Shown here: positions 1-10,232 of the stretch, one piece after another | Layout: each line of letters opens with the position of its first letter | How positions within the stretch are numbered: the stretch's first letter is position 1 | NCBI GenBank assembly: GCA_044892525.1 | Contig: CM097885.1 | Location: forward strand, 68,758,001 to 68,822,000 | DNA length: 64,000 nucleotides | Reading direction: 5' to 3' | Source: Schmidtea polychroa | Taxonomy: Eukaryota | The notes under the pieces: model-generated | What the model saw: the letters and a program-made list of their open reading frames with translations, nothing else | Databases searched by the model: none | What the model was told of the DNA's origin: nothing | Made by a program: the position numbers and the translations under genes

Positions 1-2
1 CT

Positions 3-743
3 ATAATTTATGATGATGGTCAATATTTATACATGAATTGCTTGAATAAGCCATTCGAAATTATATTTTCTACAGTGGCTGATGCTAAACGTCTTGGATT
101 TACCGATTTACGTAATGTATTTAATGATACAGTCAAAATAAATCTCTCTACAATTCCGAAAACTAATAATTTAGTTGAATTCAAATTTAAGCTATCATAC
201 TTTGAAATAACAGAGCATGCATATACTTTTAAAGATAATTTATATATTACAGACCTCGAACAATTACAAACTTATTTAGGTGACAATTGTAGCGATATTT
301 TAACAGTTTTTGAGCTTCAAAAAGATAAAGTATTTAGATTTAGTATAAATTCTAATCTTAGTCAAGTTAAATTTGACTCAAATTTGACAAAAACATTAGG
401 ATTGACTAAACCAGTATGTACACAAAATGAACAAATTTGTGAAGGAACAAACAAACCGAAAATCCTTAAACATCATCAGCAAATGTTCATTTACAGTAAT
501 ATCGTGGAACCAGTTATTGTTGGCGATTCTAGTGTTCCTTTAATGAAATCTATATGGATTGAAAAACATGATCAAGATGAAGTTGTACAAATCAATGTAG
601 AAAATCCCATGTATTTACCTGTTTCAACATCTTGTATAAACAATATAGAAATAAATATAAGAGATGATTCTGGTCAATTAATCGAATTTCCAAAAGGCTC
701 AAAAACTCATTTGACATTACATTTTCGTAAAATAAATGGCTAA
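3..743 (+). CDS. Polinton/adintovirus minor capsid protein (penton), 5'-partial
   Basis: C-terminal MFIYSNIVEPVIVGDSSVPLMK...MYLPV...IEINIRDDSGQLIEF...LTLHFRK fits the Polinton penton pattern. The frame is open back to position 3, so the real start may lie upstream of the ATG at 33. Confidence 0.85.
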   Translation: MIYDDGQYLYMNCLNKPFEIIFSTVADAKRLGFTDLRNVFNDTVKINLSTIPKTNNLVEFKFKLSYFEITEHAYTFKDNLYITDLEQLQTYLGDNCSDILTVFELQKDKVFRFSINSNLSQVKFDSNLTKTLGLTKPVCTQNEQICEGTNKPKILKHHQQMFIYSNIVEPVIVGDSSVPLMKSIWIEKHDQDEVVQINVENPMYLPVSTSCINNIEINIRDDSGQLIEFPKGSKTHLTLHFRKING

Positions 744-1107
744 TTCTGATATTATTAGTATGTATAGTGGTAGCCAATCTGGTGGTGATTTACCATATTT
801 TATTGGTAAACAGTACGGATCAGGATGGTTGAGAACAATAGGTAGATTTGCATTGCCTATTCTTAAACGTATCGGTAGTTTTGGTATGAAAACTGCAAAA
901 GATGTTATTATGAATGAACAGAAAATATTACCATCTCTAAAAACAAATGCTTTAGCAGAATTAGGGAAAGTTTTACCCGGGGTTGCAGGTATGTTTCAAA
1001 AACCAGCTCCAGCTCCAGCACCAGCTCATGCTCCAAAACGTAAAAGACATGGAATATCACGTATAAACAAACGAATGAAAGGACATGGAACTATATTTGC
1101 AAAATGA
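736..1107 (+). CDS. Adintovirus pX/pVI-like basic core or membrane-lytic protein
   Basis: QSGG and QYGSG motifs, amphipathic WLRTIGRFALPILKRIG, basic tail, adenain-type site MKGH|G. Overlaps penton and hexon stop/start codons. Confidence 0.75.
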   Translation: MANSDIISMYSGSQSGGDLPYFIGKQYGSGWLRTIGRFALPILKRIGSFGMKTAKDVIMNEQKILPSLKTNALAELGKVLPGVAGMFQKPAPAPAPAHAPKRKRHGISRINKRMKGHGTIFAK

Positions 1108-2324
1108 TTTGTGGTAAATCCGAATTATGTATATTTGATAGACCATCGCCCCAGGCTGTAATAGAATTTGGGGCATTTGAGGAAGTTTTTCCTATGAATT
1201 CAATTACAGATAGTAGAAACGATATCGAGTTTTATATTAATGGTTCACAAACCGAATATTTAGATTTGAACGATACTTTATTGACTGTTCAGATTAAGGT
1301 TGTAGATAAAGATAGAAAAGTTTTGGATGCCAATGCAGATGTAATACCGAACTATTTCCTGTTTCATACTCTTTTTAAAGATGCAGTGTTGGGATTTAAT
1401 AATATCAAGATTGAGGGCGGAAATAATACATTCATTCACAAGGCATTAATAGAAACTATTTTAAATTACAATTCCGATACTAAAAATACATGTCTTACTC
1501 CTATGGGTTATGGCAGTGATGATGAAATAAAAAAGTGGGTAAAAGGCTCAAAGGTTTTCACCATGTGCTCATCATTACAACTTGATTTTATGGATCAACC
1601 GAAATATTTACTACCGGGAGTTAATGTACATATTAGATTGAAAAGGTCTGATTCTGCATTATCTCTTACTAGTGCAACTACTGCACCAATATGTCAATTA
1701 GTTGATGCAAAATTATTGGTGAGAAGAGTTCGAGTAGACCCCTCTGTATTAGCAGGTCATCAATTGGGTCTTAATTCAAAACATGCAATTTATCCATTAA
1801 AAACAAAGGAAATTGTACAATTTGCTATTGCTAAAGGTGCTTCATCATTCTATAAAGAACAAATATTTGGTGACAGAAGAATGCCTAATTTTATTCTGAT
1901 AACATTTCAAAGTGAAGCACAATATAATGGATCATATACTGCGTCCAGCTCAATTTTCAAAAACTTTGGTGTTACATCATTGACTTTGTCGAAAAATACT
2001 GATTATAGAGAAACATATATTCAAGATTTCGAGAATGACAATTACTGCGCGACATATATGCAGAGTATTGTTAGAAATCTGGGTTATTTAGATAAAAATT
2101 TGAATTGCGGAATAACACTAGAAGATTTTAAAAGCAAATACCCATTTTTTACATTTGTTTTAGCCCCTGATTTTGATTTAAATCAAAGTCAATTACCACA
2201 AAACGGGAATTTACGACTGGATATAAAGTTTGCAAAAGCTATTACTGAACCAGTACATGTTATAATATATGGAGTATTTGAAAATGAAGTTCAAATTACT
2301 GCAAATAGAACTGTGTTGGTATAA
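1104..2324 (+). CDS. Polinton/adintovirus major capsid protein (hexon)
   Basis: N-terminal CGKSELCIFD...IEFYINGSQTEYLDLNDTLL and C-terminal GNLRLDIKFA patterns of the double jelly-roll Polinton MCP; 406 aa, intact. Confidence 0.9.
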   Translation: MICGKSELCIFDRPSPQAVIEFGAFEEVFPMNSITDSRNDIEFYINGSQTEYLDLNDTLLTVQIKVVDKDRKVLDANADVIPNYFLFHTLFKDAVLGFNNIKIEGGNNTFIHKALIETILNYNSDTKNTCLTPMGYGSDDEIKKWVKGSKVFTMCSSLQLDFMDQPKYLLPGVNVHIRLKRSDSALSLTSATTAPICQLVDAKLLVRRVRVDPSVLAGHQLGLNSKHAIYPLKTKEIVQFAIAKGASSFYKEQIFGDRRMPNFILITFQSEAQYNGSYTASSSIFKNFGVTSLTLSKNTDYRETYIQDFENDNYCATYMQSIVRNLGYLDKNLNCGITLEDFKSKYPFFTFVLAPDFDLNQSQLPQNGNLRLDIKFAKAITEPVHVIIYGVFENEVQITANRTVLV

Positions 2325-2737
2325 ATGTATATTGAAACACAAAAAGTTGTCATGGAGTAAGTTGTTTTTTTATACTCTGGATTTATTTAAATAGTTCTGT
2401 TCAGGTCAATAAAATCGGAAAACAGATATTGGGAAATGAATTTGTTGGAGTTTTTCCTCTTGATAAAATTCCATATTTGAGCAATAATCAAGCAATAATC
2501 GTCAATACTCAATCGTCTCATCTTGGTGGAGAACATTGGATAGCTATATATATGAAACCTGGTAATATATTCGTGTTCGATCCTATGGGTTTTTATTACC
2601 CGGCTTTGTTGATATCAAAACTACAAACAATGGGAAAACCTATTGTGTATAATAAAACTATGTTTCAAAATCCCTTGACCCAAACATGTGGTCAACATTG
2701 TTTAGCTTGGTTATTGTACAAAAAATTTGATGTTTAA
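2325..2737 (+). CDS. Adenain-family cysteine protease, probably two exons (2325-2356, 2395-2737)
   Basis: FVGVFPLD, GEHW (His), FDPMG (Asp) and QTCGQHC (Cys) motifs. Removing the 38-nt GTAAGT...TTTAAATAG intron gives MYIETQKVVMDSVQVNKIGKQILGNEF. Confidence 0.85.
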
Positions 2738-2780
2738 AGAAAAATGTTTAATAAATTTGATGTTTAATAAATGTATCCTT

Positions 2781-2968
2781 NNNNNNNNNNNNNNNNNNNN
2801 NNNNNNNNNNNNNNNNNNNNNNNNNNNNNNNNNNNNNNNNNNNNNNNNNNNNNNNNNNNNNNNNNNNNNNNNNNNNNNNNNNNNNNNNNNNNNNNNNNNN
2901 NNNNNNNNNNNNNNNNNNNNNNNNNNNNNNNNNNNNNNNNNNNNNNNNNNNNNNNNNNNNNNNNNNNN
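2781..2968. other. Assembly gap (N run)
   Basis: Run of N. Confidence 1.
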
Positions 2969-3097
2969 TATTATTATTTGTAACATAAAGACTGCCTTTG
3001 CATGAGGCATGCACAGTGCAAGTTAACAAAGGCATGACTAACAAAGGCAGTCACATGTAATTCTGACTGATTTACATTACATACATGCATGCGTGTG

Positions 3098-3188
3098 ATT
3101 GGTTGAGTGATTAAAATATTCAATGTATATGTGTGTGTGTCTATATTCTCATTGGCTGGGACAGGAAAATATTCATTCTCTTTATAAA
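3098..3188 (+). promoter_or_regulatory. Putative promoter: two CCAAT boxes (ATTGG at 3098 and 3151) and TATAAA at 3183
   Basis: Motifs lie in normal order 70-160 bp upstream of the ATG at 3261. Confidence 0.45.
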
Positions 3189-3260
3189 CATCGACAAATT
3201 TAAAATTTGTCACAATTATTCTAAATTTTTCAAATTTCGATTTCAATTTTAGAAATCTAA

Positions 3261-3925
3261 ATGGCTAACAATAATAAAAATGGAATTCTAAGAAATCTTT
3301 TGACGACAATGGGTAATTTATTTTATTATATTTTATTTTATTATTATTTTAGAACCATTCGATTGGTACGATGTAACGGAAGATGACTCGATATTAACAG
3401 TGGATAAGATCTTCGGTAAATTTATTATTATAATTTTTAATAAATTAATTTTTTTTTTTCAATTCAGAAAATGTTTACAATAGCGACGATGATGTCGTCT
3501 TTATCGGGGAAAGTAATGCTCCTAATAAGATCTTCGGTAAATTTATTATTGTTTTTTTATTAAATTATTTTTTTTTTCAATTCAGAAAATGTTTATAATA
3601 GCGACGATGATGTCGTCTTTATTGGGCAAACTGATGCCCCTAATTATGCCCCAGTTCTCAAAGAAAAAAGTAAATTTTATTATTATTTCTATTAAATTAA
3701 TTTTCATTTCAGAAACTGTTTTAAATGTCTTTAATGTTGATATTGACGAAGAAGAAATTAATGTCCTCGCATCGGATGATGGTGAAATCTGTGAGAATGA
3801 TGGGCATATCTCATCGGATGATGATCAAATCTCAGAGAATGATGGGCATATCTCATCGGATGATGATCAAATCTCAGAGAATGATGGGCAAATCTCTGAG
3901 AATGATTCCGACATGGAATCACTAT
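3261..3925 (+). CDS. Spliced acidic protein with tandem SUMO-interacting motifs (exons 3261-3312, 3353-3415, 3468-3536, 3586-3669, 3713-3925; 3' end unresolved)
   Basis: Four GT-AG introns (40, 52, 49, 43 nt), all phase 1, join an open frame MANNNKNGILRNLLTTMEPFDWYDVTEDDSILTVDKIFENVYNSDDDVVFIGESNAPNKIFENVYNSDDDVVFIGQ... A fifth donor GTAAG is at 3926. Confidence 0.8.
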
Positions 3926-4029
3926 GTAAGAAATATTTATTTTTATATATATTTTGTTTTTTTTTATTTATATGTTAAATTTGTAATAACTTATTTAAAT
4001 ATTTTGATAAAAAACTTTTTTTAAATATT

Positions 4030-4612
4030 TTAATAAAAATTATGATGAAACTTCTGAAGAAAATGATTTTATGATTTATGATGAAAATATACCGAAAAAT
4101 TATGAAGAAAAATGATTATATGTTTTATAAAGAAAATGATGAAAATATGACGAAAATTATGATGAAGAAAATTATGAATTTATGATGAAGAAAATGATGA
4201 AAATATGACGAAAATTATGATGAAAATGATTTACAACCAAAATTATGATGAAAATGATTTATGATGATATAATGAATTATGATGAAAATATGACGAAAAT
4301 TATGATGAAAATGACTTACAACCAAAATTATGATGAAAATGATTTATGATGATATAATGAAAATGAATTATGATGAAGATGTGACGAAAATTATGATGAA
4401 AATGATTTATGATGATATAATGAAACTTCTGAAGAAAACGATTTTATGATGAAAATTATTTATACCGGAAATTATGAATTTATGATGAAAATTATTTATG
4501 ATGAAAATGATGAAAATATACCGAAAATTATGAATTTATGATGAAAATTATTTATGATGAAAATGATGAAAATATACCGAAAATTATGAATTTATGATGA
4601 AAATGATTATAC
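4030..4612 (+). repeat. Degenerate tandem repeat of AAAATTATGATGAAAATGAT-like units
   Basis: Visible repetition; no frame stays open. Confidence 0.8.
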
Positions 4613-4712
4613 TAAGTTTCTGAAAGTTATTATTATCAAAATATTTAAAAAGTGATTACAAATTATAGTTATAAAATCCTTGTAGTTTGCAATGTGCATC
4701 TACAATAGTTAA

Positions 4713-4776
<64 letters not shown>

Positions 4777-4789
4777 TTAATAATATTAA

Positions 4790-4869
4790 TAATGTAGTCT
4801 ACAGTAAGCATGTAGCTACATAGTAGTCTGCAGTGGGCATGCAGCTACTTCTATTTAATATAATAATAA

Positions 4870-4919
<50 letters not shown>

Positions 4920-5135
4920 TTAATATATAAATAATAATCAGACCCCGCCTACAGTAGTTTGCAGTAAGCATGCAGCTACATAGTAGTCTGCAGTGAGCAT
5001 GCAGCTACTTTTCTTTTATATAATAATAATATAAATAATAATAATATAAATAATAATAATAATCAGACCCTGTCTACAGTAGTTTGCAGTAAGCATGCAG
5101 CTACATAGTAGTCTGCAGTGAGCATGCAGCTACTT
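4790..5135 (+). repeat. Array of TAGTCTGCAGTGAGCATGCAGCTA units separated by (TAA)n, upstream of PolB
   Basis: Several near-identical copies; each contains the inverted repeat CTGCA...TGCAG. Confidence 0.85.
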
Positions 5136-5142
5136 CTCTTCA

Positions 5143-5177
<35 letters not shown>

Positions 5178-5179
5178 TA

Positions 5180-5210
<31 letters not shown>

Positions 5211-5470
5211 TATAAATAATAATCTGACCTATCTACTAAAATCTCTCTAATATTCTATCGAATATATTAACCTATTTTCTATAATGATTTATCATCATTT
5301 GTTATATAGTTCATTTGAATTAAATAACAAATGATGATAAATCCTTGTAGAAGTAACAATTAATAACAATTAGAAAAAGAATAAAACTTTAATTTTATTA
5401 TTTAACAGGTAGACTATATCCGAACTATTGCCAATCTTCAATTGGACATAGTGATAAATGTCATAGAACA

Positions 5471-8400
5471 ATGACAAAATATTACCGAAAAAAGTTTAAT
5501 TCGGTCAACTTTTTTATATGCCCCAAATGTGTAACGAGCGAAAAAATAAAATATAGGGAATTTTTTAATAAACATCATAATCACTTAGGGCAATTTTCGA
5601 TATCAAAAAATGTTTTATTTAAAAAAATAAATAAAAAAAAATTACAAAAAAATTTATCAAAAAATTTACCAAAAAATACTATTAAAAAAGATATAAAAAA
5701 AGATATTAAAAAAGATTTAAAAAATATTAAAAAAAATATTATAAAAGAAAAAACAGATTCTATTAAAAAAGATACTATAAATATTATTAAAAAAGATATT
5801 ATAAATATTAAAAAAGATTCGATTAAAAGACCTGCTGGTTTAATTAAAAATTGCATTCCGAATAAATTATCGCGACCTGAAGTGATAGTCATCAGCAAAG
5901 ATGAATGTGTAGCTTCAACATCTTTCACACAACACGCACCCATTACACAACACGCACCCATTACACAACAAGAAGTGATAGTCATCAATGATGAATGTGT
6001 AGCTTCAACGTCTTTCAACATATGCCAAATAGGCGGCTCTTTGTTTGAACCTATGGTAGAATCCGATTTGAACGGATCGCGTAAAACTTTAAAATTTGAT
6101 ATTAGAAATCAAAACTTAGTAAAAATAGCCCTAACATCAAAAATTGAAGATAGATTAATAGAGGAAATAGAAAAGATGGGCAATGTAAAAATTCAATTCA
6201 CAATTTTAATTAAATTTGAAAAAGATGGGGAGATCCGGGATAATTATTTTTCAAACAATGCTCAAGTTTTTACATCAAACTTTATAAACGAGGGGGTGAG
6301 CAAATCAAATGAAAAGATTGAGCAATTCACCTATTTAGGAAGCGGGTGGCGAGTAGTGAATATTTTAGAAATAGATTTTATTTTAACGAAATACGCACCC
6401 GTTAGTAGATTATCCGGACATAGCTATATAAAAACCCCATCAGCATTAAAATTAAAACATGCAATAATTAATGTTAAAAACAACGACCATAAGTGCTTCT
6501 TGTATAGCATTCTTGCACTTTTAAAAAGAGAAGAAATAGGTCGTAATCACCAAAGAGCCGCCAAATATATAGAATTTTTACCTCTATTAAATTATGACGA
6601 AGACACTGATTGCCCGATGAGGCTATGCAACATTCCCAAATTTGAAAGAAAAAATAGAGATTTAAACTTGAGCATAAACGTTCTGTCTTATAAGCCAGCC
6701 AGTTCTGATTTAGATATTTCTGAGGATTATGTAGCTCACCACCCTCATCTTAATATAGTACATCGCTCCAAGGTTATAGACGGTAGACCAATTTATTTAT
6801 TACTTTTGAGTAATAAAGATAAATATCATTATACAGCCGTGACAGACTTGGACAAATTAATGAATTGTCATGAAAATGAAAATGTAAATGTTCAAATAAG
6901 GTGTAACTGGTGCCCACATTGTTTAAATGGCTTTAGATATAAGAATGCTTTCGATCAGCATGTTGCTCTATGCTGTAAAAATCAGACTGGCACAACATTG
7001 TATACACTTCCTAAAAATAAAGATTTATTATTCACAGATTACGCAAAAACAGTTACACCTCCCTTCGTAATTTATGCCGATTTTGAATCGGTTTTACCAG
7101 AACATGAAACATATCATCAAATACATTTACCCATATCAGCAGGTCTTTTATTAATTAATAATTATACACACACTAAATTTTATTATTATTTTTTTGGACC
7201 TAATTGTATTTTGGATTTTTTGAGGAAAGTGGAGGAAATTGCTGTCACAATTGTCCTGCCATATTATGATCTTGAAGGTCGTAAAGGTATGTCTACTTTG
7301 TCTTTTGCTCAGGAGCGTGCCTTTCGATCTTCCACTATTTGTTATTTGTGTAAAAAATCTATTATTAATCCTGTGAGAGATCATTGCCATTTTACAGGTA
7401 GATATGTCGGAGCGGCATGTAGGAAATGCAATGTCTCTCGCAGGATTAATAAATTGTTACCTGTTGTCTTTCATAATTTACGAGGCTATGACCTCCACCA
7501 TATTTTAAAACATGGTCTCAGTGATTTTCCCCTTTGGGAACTTAATATTATACCTACCTCTACAGAAAAATTTATATCTTTAATTGCATATATTAACAAA
7601 TTGCCTGTTCGTTTTATTGACAGCATGCAATTTGTTAATTGTTCTTTAGCAAAAGCTGTGAAAACCTTAACTACTTTTCCTTTGACTTCGTCTGTCTTTC
7701 AAGGGTCGATGATTCACTCTAAAGGTATCTTTCCATATAATTTCGCTACTTCTTTAGATGTTCTTGAATCGACTTTAGAATTACCTCCTATTTGGTCTGA
7801 TGTTACGGAAGATCAGTACGCTGAGGCTCAACTAATTTGGAGTCAGCATAACTGTAATAATTTGTTAGATTATATGTTAATCTACCTAAAATTGGACGTA
7901 TACCTCCTCGCAGATTATTTTCAGCAATTCCGCGGTAAGGCAATTGCTTACAATGGTCTGGATCCTCTTAATTTCTACGGGATTCCCGGTATGTCATGGG
8001 CCTCAGCGCTTATGACATTAACGGAACCAATAGAACTTCTGCAGGACATGGAAATGTATAATTTCTATGAGGGAGGTATCCGGGGTGGGTTAACATTTGT
8101 TAACAAACATTACACGGCTACTTCAGATGATACAGAATTATTGTACATTGATATAAATAATCTGTATGGTTGGGCTCTTAGCCAAAATCTTCCGTATGGT
8201 GATTTTTCTTGGGTGAATAATAACTTGAATGATGTTTTACTTGAATGTATGAACACGGATATTGATAACCTTCCATATGGGTATACTATGGAGGTCGATA
8301 TCGATATTCCGGAATGTGTGCATGACTTTTTGAATGATTTTCCGCTTGCGCCGGAAAAGTTGTGCCCGCCTAATTCAAAAGTTGAGAAGCTTATGCTTAC

Positions 8401-9445
8401 GCATTGGCCAAAGAGGAACTATGTTCTTCATTGGAGGCTTCTCAAATTGTATATAGAATTAGGTGCGGTTGTTGTAAATATTCATAGGTGTATAAAGTTT
8501 AAACAAGGACCTATCTTTAAATCCTACATAGACACCAACACCACTTTACGATCTCAGTCTACTAGCGAGATATATAGGGACTTGTTTAAATTGTATAATA
8601 ACTCTCTTTACGGTAAATCGGTTGAAAATTTGAAAAAAAGAATGAATTTGAGGTTGTGTAATTCATCCGAAAAGATGATAGTATACTCCTCAAAGCCGAC
8701 TTTCAGAAAGTCCATAAGAATCGATAACGATCTGATTGCGGCACATTTAGAAAAAGATGTGATTTGTTTAGACAGACCTAGCTACATTGGTCAAACAGTA
8801 CTAGATCTGTCTAAACTGCGGATGTACCAGCTCCAATATATTGATTTGGAGAAGTACAGACGCCAATATAAATGTATCATAAATATTATTGCCGGTGATA
8901 CCGACAGTTTCTTTTTGGAAATAAAAAATTTAAAATTAACAACTTTATTACCTCAGATGATCTCAGATAATTTATTGGATACGTCAAATTACGATCCAAC
9001 CCACCCCTTGTATAGTAGGAACCTTGACTCGGTCATCGGGAAGTTTAAAGATGAGAGCAAGGGATTAGGGTATTCTGAATGGGTTTTCTTACGCCCTAAA
9101 TGTTATAGTCTTTTAGGTAGTAAGGAAACAGTAAAAGCGAAGGGGGTTAAATTATCTGGGACATCAATAACTCATGAAACATATCTAAATTGCTTTAATT
9201 CAAATCAGGTGATTTCTGTACCGCAGACTAGAATAGGTACTAGAAATCACCAACTTTTTACTTTTAAAAATTCGAAAATTGCCCTAAGTAATAATGATGA
9301 TAAGCGCGCGTGGCTAGGAAAAAACTTAAGTTACGCATTTGGGCATTATTTAGGAGTTGACGAATTAAGCGAATATGATGAGGAATTCAGTGCAGCTCCA
9401 AGTCCCAGTTTTGACGACAGCGAATGGGACGAAGATCAAATTTAA
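5471..9445 (+). CDS. Protein-primed family B DNA polymerase with endonuclease VII-like insertion
   Basis: Exo motifs IYADFES, FHNLRGYD and YLKLDV; polymerase motifs DINNLYG, KLYNNSLYGK, AGDTDS and PKCY; RDHCHFTGRYVGAACRKCN His-Me finger; 1324 aa, intact. Confidence 0.95.
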   Translation: MTKYYRKKFNSVNFFICPKCVTSEKIKYREFFNKHHNHLGQFSISKNVLFKKINKKKLQKNLSKNLPKNTIKKDIKKDIKKDLKNIKKNIIKEKTDSIKKDTINIIKKDIINIKKDSIKRPAGLIKNCIPNKLSRPEVIVISKDECVASTSFTQHAPITQHAPITQQEVIVINDECVASTSFNICQIGGSLFEPMVESDLNGSRKTLKFDIRNQNLVKIALTSKIEDRLIEEIEKMGNVKIQFTILIKFEKDGEIRDNYFSNNAQVFTSNFINEGVSKSNEKIEQFTYLGSGWRVVNILEIDFILTKYAPVSRLSGHSYIKTPSALKLKHAIINVKNNDHKCFLYSILALLKREEIGRNHQRAAKYIEFLPLLNYDEDTDCPMRLCNIPKFERKNRDLNLSINVLSYKPASSDLDISEDYVAHHPHLNIVHRSKVIDGRPIYLLLLSNKDKYHYTAVTDLDKLMNCHENENVNVQIRCNWCPHCLNGFRYKNAFDQHVALCCKNQTGTTLYTLPKNKDLLFTDYAKTVTPPFVIYADFESVLPEHETYHQIHLPISAGLLLINNYTHTKFYYYFFGPNCILDFLRKVEEIAVTIVLPYYDLEGRKGMSTLSFAQERAFRSSTICYLCKKSIINPVRDHCHFTGRYVGAACRKCNVSRRINKLLPVVFHNLRGYDLHHILKHGLSDFPLWELNIIPTSTEKFISLIAYINKLPVRFIDSMQFVNCSLAKAVKTLTTFPLTSSVFQGSMIHSKGIFPYNFATSLDVLESTLELPPIWSDVTEDQYAEAQLIWSQHNCNNLLDYMLIYLKLDVYLLADYFQQFRGKAIAYNGLDPLNFYGIPGMSWASALMTLTEPIELLQDMEMYNFYEGGIRGGLTFVNKHYTATSDDTELLYIDINNLYGWALSQNLPYGDFSWVNNNLNDVLLECMNTDIDNLPYGYTMEVDIDIPECVHDFLNDFPLAPEKLCPPNSKVEKLMLTHWPKRNYVLHWRLLKLYIELGAVVVNIHRCIKFKQGPIFKSYIDTNTTLRSQSTSEIYRDLFKLYNNSLYGKSVENLKKRMNLRLCNSSEKMIVYSSKPTFRKSIRIDNDLIAAHLEKDVICLDRPSYIGQTVLDLSKLRMYQLQYIDLEKYRRQYKCIINIIAGDTDSFFLEIKNLKLTTLLPQMISDNLLDTSNYDPTHPLYSRNLDSVIGKFKDESKGLGYSEWVFLRPKCYSLLGSKETVKAKGVKLSGTSITHETYLNCFNSNQVISVPQTRIGTRNHQLFTFKNSKIALSNNDDKRAWLGKNLSYAFGHYLGVDELSEYDEEFSAAPSPSFDDSEWDEDQI

Positions 9446-9675
9446 ATAGAAAAAACTTTATATTTTTGATTTATAAAAACTTGTATAGTGATTTCATGAT
9501 TTATAAAAAATTGTATAGAAACTTTTATTTAAAAACTTGTACAAAAACCTGTATATTGTATAAAACTTGTATTTATATATACATATTCAATAAAATTTTT
9601 AATCAGATTTTTTTTTAATTTTTTAAGTATTTGGTGTTTTATTATAATTTTTTATATTTAATGGTGATTTTTATA

Positions 9676-9798
9676 TAGTCTGCAGTGAGCATGCAGCTAT
9701 AACAGTTTTTTATATAGTCTGCAGTGGGCATGCAGCTATATGTTTTATATAGTTTGCAGTGAGCATGCAGCTATATGTTTTATATAGTCTGCAGTGAG
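9676..9798 (+). repeat. Tandem ~33-bp array of the same TAGTCTGCAGTGAGCATGCAGCTA motif downstream of PolB
   Basis: At least three full copies and a partial one before the N gap. Confidence 0.85.
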
Positions 9799-9976
9799 NN
9801 NNNNNNNNNNNNNNNNNNNNNNNNNNNNNNNNNNNNNNNNNNNNNNNNNNNNNNNNNNNNNNNNNNNNNNNNNNNNNNNNNNNNNNNNNNNNNNNNNNNN
9901 NNNNNNNNNNNNNNNNNNNNNNNNNNNNNNNNNNNNNNNNNNNNNNNNNNNNNNNNNNNNNNNNNNNNNNNNNNNN
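9799..9976. other. Assembly gap (N run) inside the repeat array
   Basis: Run of N. Confidence 1.
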
Positions 9977-10232
9977 TTGCAACGGGTACTAGTCATGCTT
10001 ATTATTGTTATACATTTGATGGTTACAATTTCTATATTTTGATTGGTTATCACAATTTTATAAATGTAAAAACAAAAGTAATTTATTTATTAATAATGAT
10101 TTATACAAATAAAACCGATGAATGTGTAACACATTTGGTAACTTTATTATTTTGTCAATATTTTTTTATATATGGCATTTATAGCAAGGAAGAAATAAGG
10201 AAAAATTAAGTCCGACCGATTCCGAAATTTCA

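Noticed and set aside
2711-3044. X-rich ORFs here and at 9710-10209
   Set aside because: Artefacts of N gaps.
5581-6021. Antisense ORFs to PolB, hAT and gag in the track
   Set aside because: Shadow frames of real genes with no independent motifs.
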